A stretch of 64,000 nucleotides of DNA, taken from contig NZ_JBAURZ010000343.1 in the NCBI RefSeq assembly GCF_049581445.1, forward strand, positions 39 to 64,038. Reading direction: 5' to 3'. The notes beneath the pieces are model-generated. The model was not told where the DNA came from, searched no databases, and saw only the letters and a list, made by a program, of their open reading frames with translations. The position numbers and the translations under genes were made by a program. The stretch is from Paraburkholderia sp. (GTDB lineage Bacteria; Pseudomonadota; Gammaproteobacteria; Burkholderiales; Burkholderiaceae). This document shows, one piece after another, positions 5,307 to 15,032 of the stretch. Numbering within the stretch: position 1 is the first letter of the stretch; every line of letters starts with the position of its first letter.

Positions 5307-8300
5307 ATGTGGATCGTCAGGATCGCACTCAGAAGACCCTATACCTTTATCGTCCTCGCGCTGCTGCTCGGCATAATCGGGCCGCTCACCGTGCTCCGTA
5401 CGCCGACGGATATCTTTCCCAATATCAACATTCCGGTCGTCAGCGTCATCTGGAACTATAGCGGCCTGCCACCGAACGAGATGGGCAACCGAATCACCGG
5501 CAACTTCGAGCGGTTCACGCTCATCACGGTTAATAATATCGAGCATATCGAATCGCAGTCGCTCTCGGGTGTTGCGGTTATTAAGTACTTTTTTCGTCCC
5601 GGCACGAACATCGATCTGCCGGTGAGTCAGTTGACGGCGGGTGCACAAACGTGGCTCAAGCAGTTGCCGCCTGGCATCACGCCGCCGCTTATCGTCTCCT
5701 ATAACGCCTCCAGCGTCCCCATCATCCAGCTGGCGCTTTCCAGTAAGACGATTCCGGAGCAGGGTCTTTTCGACCTCGCCAACAATTTCGTCAGGACTCA
5801 GCTCGTTGGCGTTGCGGGCGCATCCATTCCGTATCCGTACGGGGGACGTACACGCCAGGTGCAGGTCGATCTCGACCAGCGGCTGCTGCAGGCGCGCGGC
5901 GTTTCGGCCGATGACGTCGTCAACGCGATCAACGCGCAGAACCTGATCATTCCGGCCGGCACCGAGAAGGTAGGCGAATTCGAGTACAACATCAAACTGA
6001 ACGGTAGCCCGGTTGCTGTTCGGGACCTCAACGACCTGCCGATCAAAACGGTCAACGGTACGCTCGTCTACGTCCACGACGTGGCGCATGTGCGCGACGG
6101 GGCGGCCCCGCAGACCAACATCGTCCGCGTCGACGGCCAGCACGCGTCGCTAATGACGATCCAGAAGACAGGCACCGCGTCGACCCTCGATATCATCGGC
6201 CAGATCAAGGCGTTGCTGCCATCCGTGCGAAACGCGTCACCGTCCGCGCTCGACATCCAGCCGATCGGCGATCAATCGGTATTCGTCAAGTCGGCCATCA
6301 GCGGCGTGGTCCGTGAAGGAGTGATAGCCGCGGCGTTGACCGCGCTCATGATCCTACTGTTCCTCGGAAGCTGGCGCTCGACGCTCATCATCACCATTTC
6401 GATCCCGCTGTCGGTGCTGTGCTCGCTGATCGGGCTGTCGCTTCTCGGCGAGACGATCAACATCATGACGCTGGGGGGGCTGGCGCTCGCCGTCGGGATT
6501 CTGGTCGACGATGCCACGGTCGCCATCGAAAGCATCAATGCCCATCTCGAGCGTGGCGCTGAAGTCGAGACTGCCATCCTGTCAGGCGCTCAGGAAATCG
6601 CCGTGCCGGCGTTGGTCGCTACACTGTGCATATGCATAGTTTTTGCCCCGATGTTCTTCCTGCCCGGCGTCGCGCGCTATCTCTTCGTGCCGCTGGCGGA
6701 GGCGATCGTCTTCGCCATGCTCGCGTCCTATGTGCTCTCCCGCACGCTGATCCCCACCCTCGCGAAGTACTGGCTGCGGATGCACGAGAGGCACGACGCG
6801 GAGCACGGCTCGCGCAATGCGTTCGTCAGACTGCAGGATGCCTTCCAGCGTGGCTTCGAGGCACTGCGGTTGCGCTACCACCAGCTCCTGGCGCGCATGA
6901 TTGCACGGCGCCGCGTCTTCATCCCAGTGTTTCTCGGCTGCATGCTGGCATCACTTGCGCTCGTTCCGTGGCTCGGCAACAACTTCTTTCCGTCGGTCGA
7001 CAGCGGTCAGATCAAGCTGCACCTGCGCGGCCATGCCGGCCTGCGGGTCGAGGAAACCGCGCGACTCACTGATGAGGTCGAGGCGACCGTTCGAAAAACC
7101 ATTCCGGGATCCGAAATATCTAGTGTCGTCGACAATATCGGCCTGCCGGTGAGCGCCCTCAACCTCTCCTACAGCAACTCCGCGCCGACTACCGCCGCCG
7201 ATGCCGACATTCTTATCACGCTGAAAGAGAAGCATCGTCCGACCGCGGACTATGTGCGTCAGTTGCGGGCATCGTTGCCGCAGGCGTATCCGGGCGTGAG
7301 CTTCGCTTTCCTGCCGGCCGACATCGTCAGCCAGATCCTGAACTTCGGTGCCCCGGCGCCTATCGATATCCAGGTCAGCGGATTCAACGTTGAGGCCAAC
7401 AACGCGTTCGCGCAGCAACTGCTGGCGCAGGTGCGGCACGTGTCGGGCATTGCCGATGTGCGCATCCAGCAGGACCTCGACTATCCGGAGTTCGACGTCA
7501 AGGTCGACCGCAGCCGCGCGCAGGATGTGGGCCTGTCCCAGCGCGAGGTGGCCAACGACCTGCTGTTCACGCTGACGGGCAGCTTCCAGACCAACCCGAC
7601 GTTCTGGCTCGATCCGAAAAACGGCGTCTCGTATCCGATCGTCACCCAGACGCCGCAGCCGCAGCTCGATTCCCTGGACACGCTTCGCAACGTGCCGCTC
7701 ACGGCCGCTGGCGGCCAGCCGAATATCCTGGGGGCAGTGAGCACGATCACGCGCAGCGTGGGACCGGCTGTGGTCTCGCACTACAACGTGAAGCCGACGA
7801 TCGACATCTACGCGGCCGTGCAGGACCGCGATCTCGGTGGTGTTGCAACCGACGTCAACAAGATCGTCGAAGCGGCGAAAACGAATCTGCCGCGCGGCTC
7901 GTCCATCGTGGTGCGCGGCCAGGTACAGACGATGAAGACGTCCTTCACGGGCCTCTACGGCGGTCTCGCTTTCGCGATCCTGCTCGTCTATCTGCTGATC
8001 GTCATCAATTTCCAGTCCTGGACCGACGCCTTCATCATCATCACGGCGCTGCCCGCCGCGCTGGCAGGCATCGTCTGGATGTTGTTCCTGACCCGCACGC
8101 CGCTCTCCGTGCCGGCGCTCACCGGCGCAATCATGAGCGTCGGCGTCGCGACCGCAAACAGCATCCTGGTGGTGAGCTTCGCCCGCGATCGTCTGCTTGA
8201 GGTGGGCGGCGACGCGTCGAGGGCAGCGACGGACGCCGGCTTCGCCCGCTTTCGCCCCGTGCTGATGACGGCACTCGCGATGGTCATCGGCATGGTGCCG

Positions 8301-8501
8301 ATGGCACTGGGCCTCGGCGACGGCGGCGAACAGAACGCGCCGCTTGGCCGCGCTGTCATCGGCGGCCTTGCTTTCGCCACCGTTGCCACGCTGTTTCTCG
8401 TGCCCGCTGTGTTCAGCCTGATCCACGGCGGTGAGAAGAAGGCGAGGGCACCTGGCTCCACGCAACAACGAGTATTGGATAGGGAGTTTGAACATGAGTG
8501 A
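5307..8501 (+). CDS. RND efflux transporter, inner-membrane permease subunit (AcrB-like), system 1
   Basis: 1064 aa. N-terminus 'IALRRPYTFIVLALLL'. TM4 proton-relay motif 'GGLALAVGILVDDATVAIE'. It has the two-large-loop, 12-TM layout. Confidence 0.9.
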   Translation: MWIVRIALRRPYTFIVLALLLGIIGPLTVLRTPTDIFPNINIPVVSVIWNYSGLPPNEMGNRITGNFERFTLITVNNIEHIESQSLSGVAVIKYFFRPGTNIDLPVSQLTAGAQTWLKQLPPGITPPLIVSYNASSVPIIQLALSSKTIPEQGLFDLANNFVRTQLVGVAGASIPYPYGGRTRQVQVDLDQRLLQARGVSADDVVNAINAQNLIIPAGTEKVGEFEYNIKLNGSPVAVRDLNDLPIKTVNGTLVYVHDVAHVRDGAAPQTNIVRVDGQHASLMTIQKTGTASTLDIIGQIKALLPSVRNASPSALDIQPIGDQSVFVKSAISGVVREGVIAAALTALMILLFLGSWRSTLIITISIPLSVLCSLIGLSLLGETINIMTLGGLALAVGILVDDATVAIESINAHLERGAEVETAILSGAQEIAVPALVATLCICIVFAPMFFLPGVARYLFVPLAEAIVFAMLASYVLSRTLIPTLAKYWLRMHERHDAEHGSRNAFVRLQDAFQRGFEALRLRYHQLLARMIARRRVFIPVFLGCMLASLALVPWLGNNFFPSVDSGQIKLHLRGHAGLRVEETARLTDEVEATVRKTIPGSEISSVVDNIGLPVSALNLSYSNSAPTTAADADILITLKEKHRPTADYVRQLRASLPQAYPGVSFAFLPADIVSQILNFGAPAPIDIQVSGFNVEANNAFAQQLLAQVRHVSGIADVRIQQDLDYPEFDVKVDRSRAQDVGLSQREVANDLLFTLTGSFQTNPTFWLDPKNGVSYPIVTQTPQPQLDSLDTLRNVPLTAAGGQPNILGAVSTITRSVGPAVVSHYNVKPTIDIYAAVQDRDLGGVATDVNKIVEAAKTNLPRGSSIVVRGQVQTMKTSFTGLYGGLAFAILLVYLLIVINFQSWTDAFIIITALPAALAGIVWMLFLTRTPLSVPALTGAIMSVGVATANSILVVSFARDRLLEVGGDASRAATDAGFARFRPVLMTALAMVIGMVPMALGLGDGGEQNAPLGRAVIGGLAFATVATLFLVPAVFSLIHGGEKKARAPGSTQQRVLDREFEHE

Positions 8502-9657
8502 AAATCAACTGCAGGGGCGCAAGCTGCTGCCGCTGTGCGGCGCGTTCCTCGTGATCGGCACGATCGCCTGGGGCATCTGGTCGCGTAACAGTGCCGAGGC
8601 GGCGCTCGTCAAGGTAACCGACGACGAGGCGCTGCCGACCGTCTCCGTGATCACGGCCGCCGCCGGCCCCGCCGACGAAGCGCTCGTGCTGCCCGGCACG
8701 GTGCAGGCCGAATCCGAGACGCCGATCTACGCGCGCACTAGCGGCTACCTGAAGCGCTGGTACACCGACATCGGTACGCGCGTGAAGGCCGGGACGCTCC
8801 TGGCCGAGATCGACTCGCCCGAAGTCGACCAGCAGCTCCGCCAGGCCAAGGCTGACCTGACAACAGCAAACGCGAACAACCTCATTGCGCAGCAAACGGC
8901 GAAACGCGTCCACGCGTTGCTGCCGACGCAATCGGTCTCAGCCGAGCAGGATGATCAGGCTACCAGCGATGCCACGGCCAAGGCCGCGCTCGTGGCCGCC
9001 GCTGAGGCGAACGTCGAGCGTCTGACTCAACTGGTCGGGTTCGAGCGGGTCGTGGCGCCCTATGACGGCGTCGTCACGGCGCGCGAAACCGACGTCGGCA
9101 ACCTCATCAATGCCGGCAGCGGCAGCGGGCCAGAGCTGTTCCGCGTTGCCGACACCAGCAAGCTCAGGGTCTATGTCCAGGTGCCGCAGAGTTACGCGGC
9201 GCTCGTGAAGCCCGGCGTCACGGCTACGCTGCAGTTCCCGGAATATCCGGGACGGACTTTCCCGGCGAACTTCACGCGCTCCGCCGACGCAATCAATCCG
9301 GGAGCGCGGACCCTGCTCGTCGAGCTCGAAGCCGACAACGCGGGCGGTGAGCTGTTTCCAGGCGGCTATACCGAGGTCCACTTCAAGGTGCCGGTCGCGC
9401 AGCGCGGCGTGAACATTCCGGCCAACGCGCTGCTGTTTCGCGCCGAAGGGGTGCGCGTGGCAAGCCTCGCAAGTAGCAGTGGCCTCGTCACGCTGCATAC
9501 GGTCACGCTAGGCCGCGATTTCGGTCCGACAGTCGAAGTCACGACCGGGGTGGCGCCAGGCGAGAAGATCATTCTCAACCCTCCTGCTTCACTCGCTGAC
9601 GGCGAGCGCGTGCGGGAGCAGATCGATCGCAATCCGGCGCCAGGAGGCCGTTCATGA
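8494..9657 (+). CDS. RND efflux periplasmic adaptor (MFP) subunit, system 1
   Basis: Start chosen at ATG 8494 (SD GGGAG; it overlaps the RND stop). N-terminal TM anchor. Lipoyl-like hairpin 'RTSGYLKRWYTDIGTRVKAGTLLAEIDSPEVDQQL'. Confidence 0.85.
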   Translation: MSENQLQGRKLLPLCGAFLVIGTIAWGIWSRNSAEAALVKVTDDEALPTVSVITAAAGPADEALVLPGTVQAESETPIYARTSGYLKRWYTDIGTRVKAGTLLAEIDSPEVDQQLRQAKADLTTANANNLIAQQTAKRVHALLPTQSVSAEQDDQATSDATAKAALVAAAEANVERLTQLVGFERVVAPYDGVVTARETDVGNLINAGSGSGPELFRVADTSKLRVYVQVPQSYAALVKPGVTATLQFPEYPGRTFPANFTRSADAINPGARTLLVELEADNAGGELFPGGYTEVHFKVPVAQRGVNIPANALLFRAEGVRVASLASSSGLVTLHTVTLGRDFGPTVEVTTGVAPGEKIILNPPASLADGERVREQIDRNPAPGGRS

Positions 9658-11087
9658 AGCGACTTCTGAAATTCAGCGTACCGCTCGTCGCGTGCCTGCT
9701 CTGCGCCTGTGATTTCGCGCCGACGTACGTGCCGCCACCCGTGGCGACGCCGATCGACTTCAAGGAGTCCGCGGGCTGGACGCTTGCGGCGCCAAAGGAT
9801 TCGGCGCCACGCGGTCAATGGTGGCGGATCTTTCAGGACCCGGCGCTCGACCGTCTGGAAGACCAGGTGAGCGCCGCGAACCAGAACCTGAAGGTTGCCG
9901 TCGCCCAGTACGACGAAGCACGCGCCGACGCAAGGACGGCGCGGGCCGACTATTACCCCACGCTCGACGCGAGCGGGTCCGCATCGCGCGAGGGCCTGTC
10001 GCGCGAGGTGGCGAATCCGTTGCCGAACCGATCCTTCAAGAACTACAGCCTCGGACTCGACTTCGATTACGAAATCGACGTCTGGGGCCGCGTGCGCAAC
10101 CAGGCCAAGGCCGGCGTGGACCGGGAACAGGCCAGCGCCGCCGATCTCGCAACGGTGGATCTGAGCCTCCATGCCGAGCTCGCCAGCGACTACTTGATCC
10201 TGCGCGGCGACGATGCCGAACAGGACGTGCTCGACCGGACGGTCGAAAACTATCGCAAAGCGCTGGAGCTTACGCAGGCAAGGTTCAACATCGGGTACGC
10301 GGCAAAGCCGGACGTCTCCGCTGCAGAGGCGCAATTCGAAAGCGCCACGACGCAGGCCACCGAAATCCGGCTGAAGCGCACGAACCTCGAACACGCCATC
10401 GCGATCCTCACGGGACAGCCGCCGGCGGGCTTCGCGTTGCCTGAAAACAAGCTCGATGCAACGCCGCCTGACATCGCGCCGGTACTGCCGGCCGCTCTGC
10501 TCGAGCGGCGTCCCGATGTCGCGGCGGCGGAACGCCGGGTCGCGGCCGCCAATGCGGACATCGGCGTCGCCAAGGCCGCCTATTACCCGGCCTTCAATCT
10601 GAACGCGCTTCTCGGTGTCGAGGCCGCCATGCCAAACCACCTCTTCACGGCGCCTGCAGAAGCGTGGTCACTGGGCCCTTCCGCCGTCGTGAACCTCCTC
10701 GACGGCGGCAAGCGTCGCGCGCTCAATGACCGCGCCCGTGCCTCCTATGAGGAGGAGGCGGCGCAATACCGCCAGACTGTGCTCGATGCGTACGGCGAGG
10801 TCGAGGATAGTCTCGCGTCGCTGCGCCTCCTCGCTCGCGAGGCCACCAGCCAGCAGGCCGCCGTGACCGCCGCCGCCGATTCGACAGCACAGGCGACGCA
10901 TCTCTATTCCGGAGGGCTGGCCAACTACTACAACGTCATCGAGGCGCAGAACATCGAACTTACCGCGCGGCTGACGCAGGTCGACATCACGACGCGCCGG
11001 ATGACCGCCGACGTCTCGCTTATCAAGGCGCTTGGCGGCGGCTGGCAGCGCAAGGACGCGCTGGCATCCGGCACCGCTACCGACTAG
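9654..11087 (+). CDS. RND efflux outer-membrane factor lipoprotein (NodT family), system 1
   Basis: 477 aa. Lipobox 'LLCAC'. Two-repeat OMF architecture. C-terminal 'LIKALGGGW'. ATGA overlap with the MFP stop. Confidence 0.9.
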   Translation: MKRLLKFSVPLVACLLCACDFAPTYVPPPVATPIDFKESAGWTLAAPKDSAPRGQWWRIFQDPALDRLEDQVSAANQNLKVAVAQYDEARADARTARADYYPTLDASGSASREGLSREVANPLPNRSFKNYSLGLDFDYEIDVWGRVRNQAKAGVDREQASAADLATVDLSLHAELASDYLILRGDDAEQDVLDRTVENYRKALELTQARFNIGYAAKPDVSAAEAQFESATTQATEIRLKRTNLEHAIAILTGQPPAGFALPENKLDATPPDIAPVLPAALLERRPDVAAAERRVAAANADIGVAKAAYYPAFNLNALLGVEAAMPNHLFTAPAEAWSLGPSAVVNLLDGGKRRALNDRARASYEEEAAQYRQTVLDAYGEVEDSLASLRLLAREATSQQAAVTAAADSTAQATHLYSGGLANYYNVIEAQNIELTARLTQVDITTRRMTADVSLIKALGGGWQRKDALASGTATD

Positions 11088-11138
11088 TTGCCTTGCTTCA
11101 TCGCCGAAACCATCCCTCTTTGCAGGCGGACGCCGAGT

Positions 11139-12194
11139 ATGGATACCATCAGAAACATGAAAGCCTTTGTCGCAGTGGCGGACACGGGCAGCTTTACGAA
11201 AGCGGCACATCAGCTGTCAGCGACGCTGCCTGTGATATCGCGCGTGGTGACCGAACTCGAAGGCCATCTGCGCACCCGGCTCCTGAACCGCACGACGCGT
11301 CGAGTCGCACTGACCGAAGCTGGCCAGCGGTACTTAGAGCGTTGCCGCGAGATTCTGGCATCCGTCGCTGCAGCCGAGGCGGAGGCTTCGGACGCCCACG
11401 CCATTCCGGCAGGGACACTCAGGATTCATGCGATGTCGAGTGTCGGCCAGAACTACGTCATACCTGCGATTGCCGCCTATCAAGCGCGCTATCCGGGAGT
11501 CACCGTTGACCTGACGCTGTCGCAGCACGTGCCGGACCTCCTGGAAGAAGGCTACGACGTGGCAATCCGGTTGTCGCCCGATGCGCTGCCGGATTCGAAC
11601 TTCGTGTCGCTTCATCTGGGGTCTATCCGCACGGTCCTGTGCGCCGCGCCGCGCTATCTGGAGGTCCATGGGATGCCTCGCACCGTGGAAGATCTTGCCA
11701 GCCACTCGTGTCTGCAACTGGCGCTGCCCGCGTTTGCGTCAAACCGATGGCTGCTCATGGGTCAGGACGGAGAGCGCGAATTCCAGCTCCCCGCCAGCCG
11801 GTTCAAGGTAAATATGTCCGACGCGATGGCGGTGGCATTGCACGAAGGCATGGGCATCGGAACTCTTCCAACGCTCGCCATCCATTCCGCTCTGCAAACG
11901 GGATCGCTGGTCAGGGTGTTGCCCGACTATCACCTGCAGGAGTTCAATGTCTACGCGGTCTACGCTTCCCGGCAATATCTCGATGCAAAGATCAGGACGT
12001 GGATCCAGTTCGCCCGAAAATGGATAACCGACGCGATACGCGCAGACGATATGGTCATTGCCGGTACGCCAGGGAAAGATGTTGAACCGAGATTGCCGCG
12101 AACAATGGCAAGCTTGCGCGATGGCAGCTCGGCGGACTTCGCGCGGCCCGTTTCCACCCCTTCAATGCCGAGTAGCGTGCTGAGAAGTATGTAG
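11139..12194 (+). CDS. LysR-family transcriptional regulator
   Basis: HTH: 'MDTIRNMKAFVAVADTGSFTKAAHQLSATLPVISRVVTELEGHLRTRLLNRTTR'. Start set at ATG 11139. It has an unusually long C-terminal tail (~50 aa). Confidence 0.85.
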   Translation: MDTIRNMKAFVAVADTGSFTKAAHQLSATLPVISRVVTELEGHLRTRLLNRTTRRVALTEAGQRYLERCREILASVAAAEAEASDAHAIPAGTLRIHAMSSVGQNYVIPAIAAYQARYPGVTVDLTLSQHVPDLLEEGYDVAIRLSPDALPDSNFVSLHLGSIRTVLCAAPRYLEVHGMPRTVEDLASHSCLQLALPAFASNRWLLMGQDGEREFQLPASRFKVNMSDAMAVALHEGMGIGTLPTLAIHSALQTGSLVRVLPDYHLQEFNVYAVYASRQYLDAKIRTWIQFARKWITDAIRADDMVIAGTPGKDVEPRLPRTMASLRDGSSADFARPVSTPSMPSSVLRSM

Positions 12195-12848
12195 AAAGTC
12201 CGGGGGGAGAGGACACCCCGCTGGGTACGGCAGCTAAGGCAGTTCAGGTTTTGTTTGCTCGTAGGCAGAGAGTATAGGCGGCTACCAGACCGCGTTCGCT
12301 CGAACCGGTCGATGCGCGACGAATGGCTCGAATATATTCAGAATTACTAAATTTATCATAAATATGATTGTTGTGAACCCGATATGTAAAAGCCAAGTTG
12401 AAAGTCAGCTGGTCCATTGAGGATACGTTTCCATCGCGGAGCCGATTCACAGAGGCTACGTGTCCATGTTCAGTGGGCAATGGACCCATTTCGTCGACCC
12501 CGCACAAAAGAGCGTCGCCGCGCTGGTATCAACTTGCCGTTGTTGCCGAAGCAGCAGACCCGGCGTTGCTGCTGCTCGCGGCCGGGCAGGTCCTATCTGC
12601 GATCCGGCTGGGCGGTTAAGGAGGCGGCTCAATCAATCGATTTGGTCGAGTATTGCACCTGTGGTTTGATACGTTTAAGCATGCCATTGAGCAAATTAAG
12701 CATCGCAAGTATCAATTCTGACACATACAATGAACTCACTAGCGAAAGGTAACTAATGAAAGGAGTGCAAAATGTTTCACATCGAAATCCCCGCACTTGA
12801 GGTCGTCACCGGCGCCGAAGTGCTCACAGCTCCGACATGGAGGAAATC

Positions 12849-13382
12849 ATGAATTACTTCGTCGATATACTGGGTCGTTCAGGTCTTCTGAAACGAGACT
12901 TCGACTACCATCTGCTCCGCGCCTCGATGGTGATTATCTTCGCCTGGTTCGGGTACGACAAATGGTTTCAGACCGAAATCATAGACCTGATTCCTTTAAT
13001 CAAGCACGGGCCGCTTATCTTTTGGGTGCTTCCGTTGTTAGGCATTAAAGGTACAAGCATTTTTTTAGGAGCGTCAGAATGGACTTATGGCTCGTTACTG
13101 CTCTTGGGATTCTGGAATAAGAGATTGGGAGCGCTGGGTGCTTTCGGTTCTACCTTGACGTTCCTGGCTACCTTCACGATCATGCCATTTGCTCCTGGCG
13201 CGTGGGATGCTGCCGCTGGAGGGTTTCCAGCGATGACAATAGTTTCGGGCTTCCTCTTGAAGGATCTCGTTTTGCTGGTGGTCTCTGTCTACCTGCTCAA
13301 GCAAGACCTTGCCCGAGTGGTCGAGGCCCGGTGCTATGCCAATCAACGAGACCCCGCTCGCTCTCGCAACCTGACGGCGTAA
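12849..13382 (+). CDS. DUF417 family membrane protein (YkgB/RclC-like), intact copy
   Basis: About 177 aa and four hydrophobic helices. C-terminus 'GFPAMTIVSGFLLKDLVLLVVSVYLLKQD' resembles E. coli YkgB/RclC (recalled). The start could instead be 12837. Confidence 0.75.
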   Translation: MNYFVDILGRSGLLKRDFDYHLLRASMVIIFAWFGYDKWFQTEIIDLIPLIKHGPLIFWVLPLLGIKGTSIFLGASEWTYGSLLLLGFWNKRLGALGAFGSTLTFLATFTIMPFAPGAWDAAAGGFPAMTIVSGFLLKDLVLLVVSVYLLKQDLARVVEARCYANQRDPARSRNLTA

Positions 13383-13589
13383 CGGCCTGAGGAACGCACT
13401 CCTGGCCTACGTCTGGTGGGTTCAGGGGCGCCGGGTGTGTTGCACGGTGCAAGACTTACTCGGTATCGGCAAAACGCGCTGGCCTAGGCATCGGCGGTCT
13501 TTTTCGATTGGCGTCGGCCGGCGTCGCCACAGCATCAACCCGCTCCACAGCGCCCGGCGCGGCGCATCTCAAATGCGTAGCACCTCGAG

Positions 13590-14168
13590 GGGCCTCGCGC
13601 GCTGCCGCCCCATAGTGTTGCGGATATTTGCCGGTCTGGACCCCGACATTGGAGACCTTTCGGTCGCCGGTGGGCCGCTCGCCTACAAGTGGGACGCGAT
13701 TCTCCTGTCGGCAACGACCTCTTCGACACGATCCTGACGCCCGCCGATACCCCTGACCCGGCCAAAGCCGCGCTGCGCCTGCTACAAACCCCGGCGAACG
13801 TGCCTGTTGGCACATCGATGTCCAAGTATGTCCGGCCGGGTGCGTGGACGGCATTCCTCGACATGATCACGAAATGCTTTGAAGCGATGATCGCCAGGCG
13901 CGATGACCCCAACAGCCAGTCGAAGGGCATACCGATCTTCGTGCACACCTACAACTGTCCGCAACCGCGTAACGCGTCCGCAGGCCCTGGTATCGGTCCG
14001 TGGCTGTGCCGCGCCTATACGACTTACCAGATACCGTCCAGCGACTGGCTGCCGCTGACCACCTACCTCATCAACCAGTGGCCGCAAGCATCGCGAATCC
14101 GAACATCCGCCCCGTGTACCTTATCGGGAGCCTCGATCCCGCGCCCCCGAACTCAACAAGAACATTGA
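13590..14168 (+). pseudogene. SGNH/GDSL-hydrolase-like gene, frameshifted
   Basis: Family-like segments lie in different frames: 'WDAILLS' then 'VGNDLFDTIL' (the GGND block is split near 13700), 'IPIFVHTYNCPQPRN..GPWL', then another frame after about 14070. No N-terminal GDS block was found. Confidence 0.3.
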
Positions 14169-14169
14169 G

Positions 14170-14808
14170 CTACCGTCGACGTGAGTGTCCCCGTGATTGA
14201 ATTTCGGGTTGCCTGTCCACGGCGGTAAGAAGATGCTGGCGGCCCTCATCAAGAATTTCATCGGCGAGCGCCGGGTCAACGTCTGCAACGGCACGCGAGA
14301 GCAGCAGCGTACCGATCATTTGACTGAACAGAGTGATCGCCTTCCTGCGACTACCTTCGCTGACCCCGTCCGTTTCTTCGATGACCTTGGCGAAATGTTC
14401 GAGGTTCGTCGCGAGACCATCCACGTAAGTGCCCCGCGCCACGTCGTCGAATCGGCGAGCGTCCCCCACAAAACCCGACAAGGGGCAACCCTCATTGATA
14501 TTCCCGCGATGCTCGGGGGACAGGTACCACTGAATGCGTTGTTTAACTGGGTCGGCATTAGCTGACCTGGCGCCTTCGACTATGGAGGCAAAAACGTTTC
14601 CACCGTCTTCCATCGCCTTTTCCAGCACTGCGGCGACGAGCGCGTCTTTTGATGCGAAGTGGTTGTAGAAACCGCCCTGCGTGAAACCCGCCGCCTTCAT
14701 CAACTCAGCCAGTCCGACCCCATCGACGCCGCGCTCGCGAAACAGCTTCTCGGCGGCTGCCACAATCGCGTTCCGGTTTTCTGCCGCCTGCTGCCTGGAA
14801 ACACCCAT
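14170..14808 (-). CDS. TetR/AcrR-family transcriptional regulator
   Basis: 212 aa. N-terminal HTH: 'IVAAAEKLFRERGVDGVGLAELMKAAGFTQGGFYNHFASKDAL'. Confidence 0.9.
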   Translation of the reverse strand: MGVSRQQAAENRNAIVAAAEKLFRERGVDGVGLAELMKAAGFTQGGFYNHFASKDALVAAVLEKAMEDGGNVFASIVEGARSANADPVKQRIQWYLSPEHRGNINEGCPLSGFVGDARRFDDVARGTYVDGLATNLEHFAKVIEETDGVSEGSRRKAITLFSQMIGTLLLSRAVADVDPALADEILDEGRQHLLTAVDRQPEIQSRGHSRRR

Positions 14809-14856
14809 TTCCCCTCTCTTCGGCCGACCGCGGCCTAATTAGTCCATCGAAAAATA

Positions 14857-14932
14857 CAATGTTGATCACCATTGACATTGCCGGGACGTGCGCCGACAAT
14901 CCGTTCCATCGACAATGTCATTCACCATTGTC
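14857..14932. promoter_or_regulatory. Two inverted repeats in the TetR/SnoaL divergent intergenic region (candidate TetR operators)
   Basis: First repeat: CAATGTtgatcaccattgACATTG (14857..14880). Second repeat: GACAATGtcattcacCATTGTC (14911..14932). Both are preceded by TCCATCGA. Confidence 0.45.
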
Positions 14933-15032
14933 TTGAGTATAGCCTGCTTTGCCTGAAGCTTCAGGCAGCAGGGACACAACAGCGATTTGACGCTCGATTG
15001 CGTCATCAATGGAATCTAAAGAGGGCCTCAAC

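Noticed and set aside
5274-8495. Long minus-strand ORFs inside RND system 1 (5274..6143, 289 aa; 6951..8495, 514 aa), and likewise plus-strand ORFs inside RND system 2 (for example 23207..24154, 315 aa)
   Set aside because: They lie antisense to strongly supported transporter genes. Their translations are Arg/Ala/Gly/Asp-rich low-complexity sequence, typical of antisense frames in GC-rich DNA. No motifs and no SD.
9366-10640. 424-aa minus-strand ORF spanning the MFP/OMF junction of system 1
   Set aside because: It is antisense to two well-supported genes and has an Arg-rich nonsense composition. It is a GC-rich frame artefact.
12244-12507. 87-aa minus-strand ORF in the AT-rich region between the LysR and DUF417 genes
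   Set aside because: No SD, odd composition, no motif, and low third-position GC compared with real genes here. It is more likely non-coding promoter or decayed DNA.
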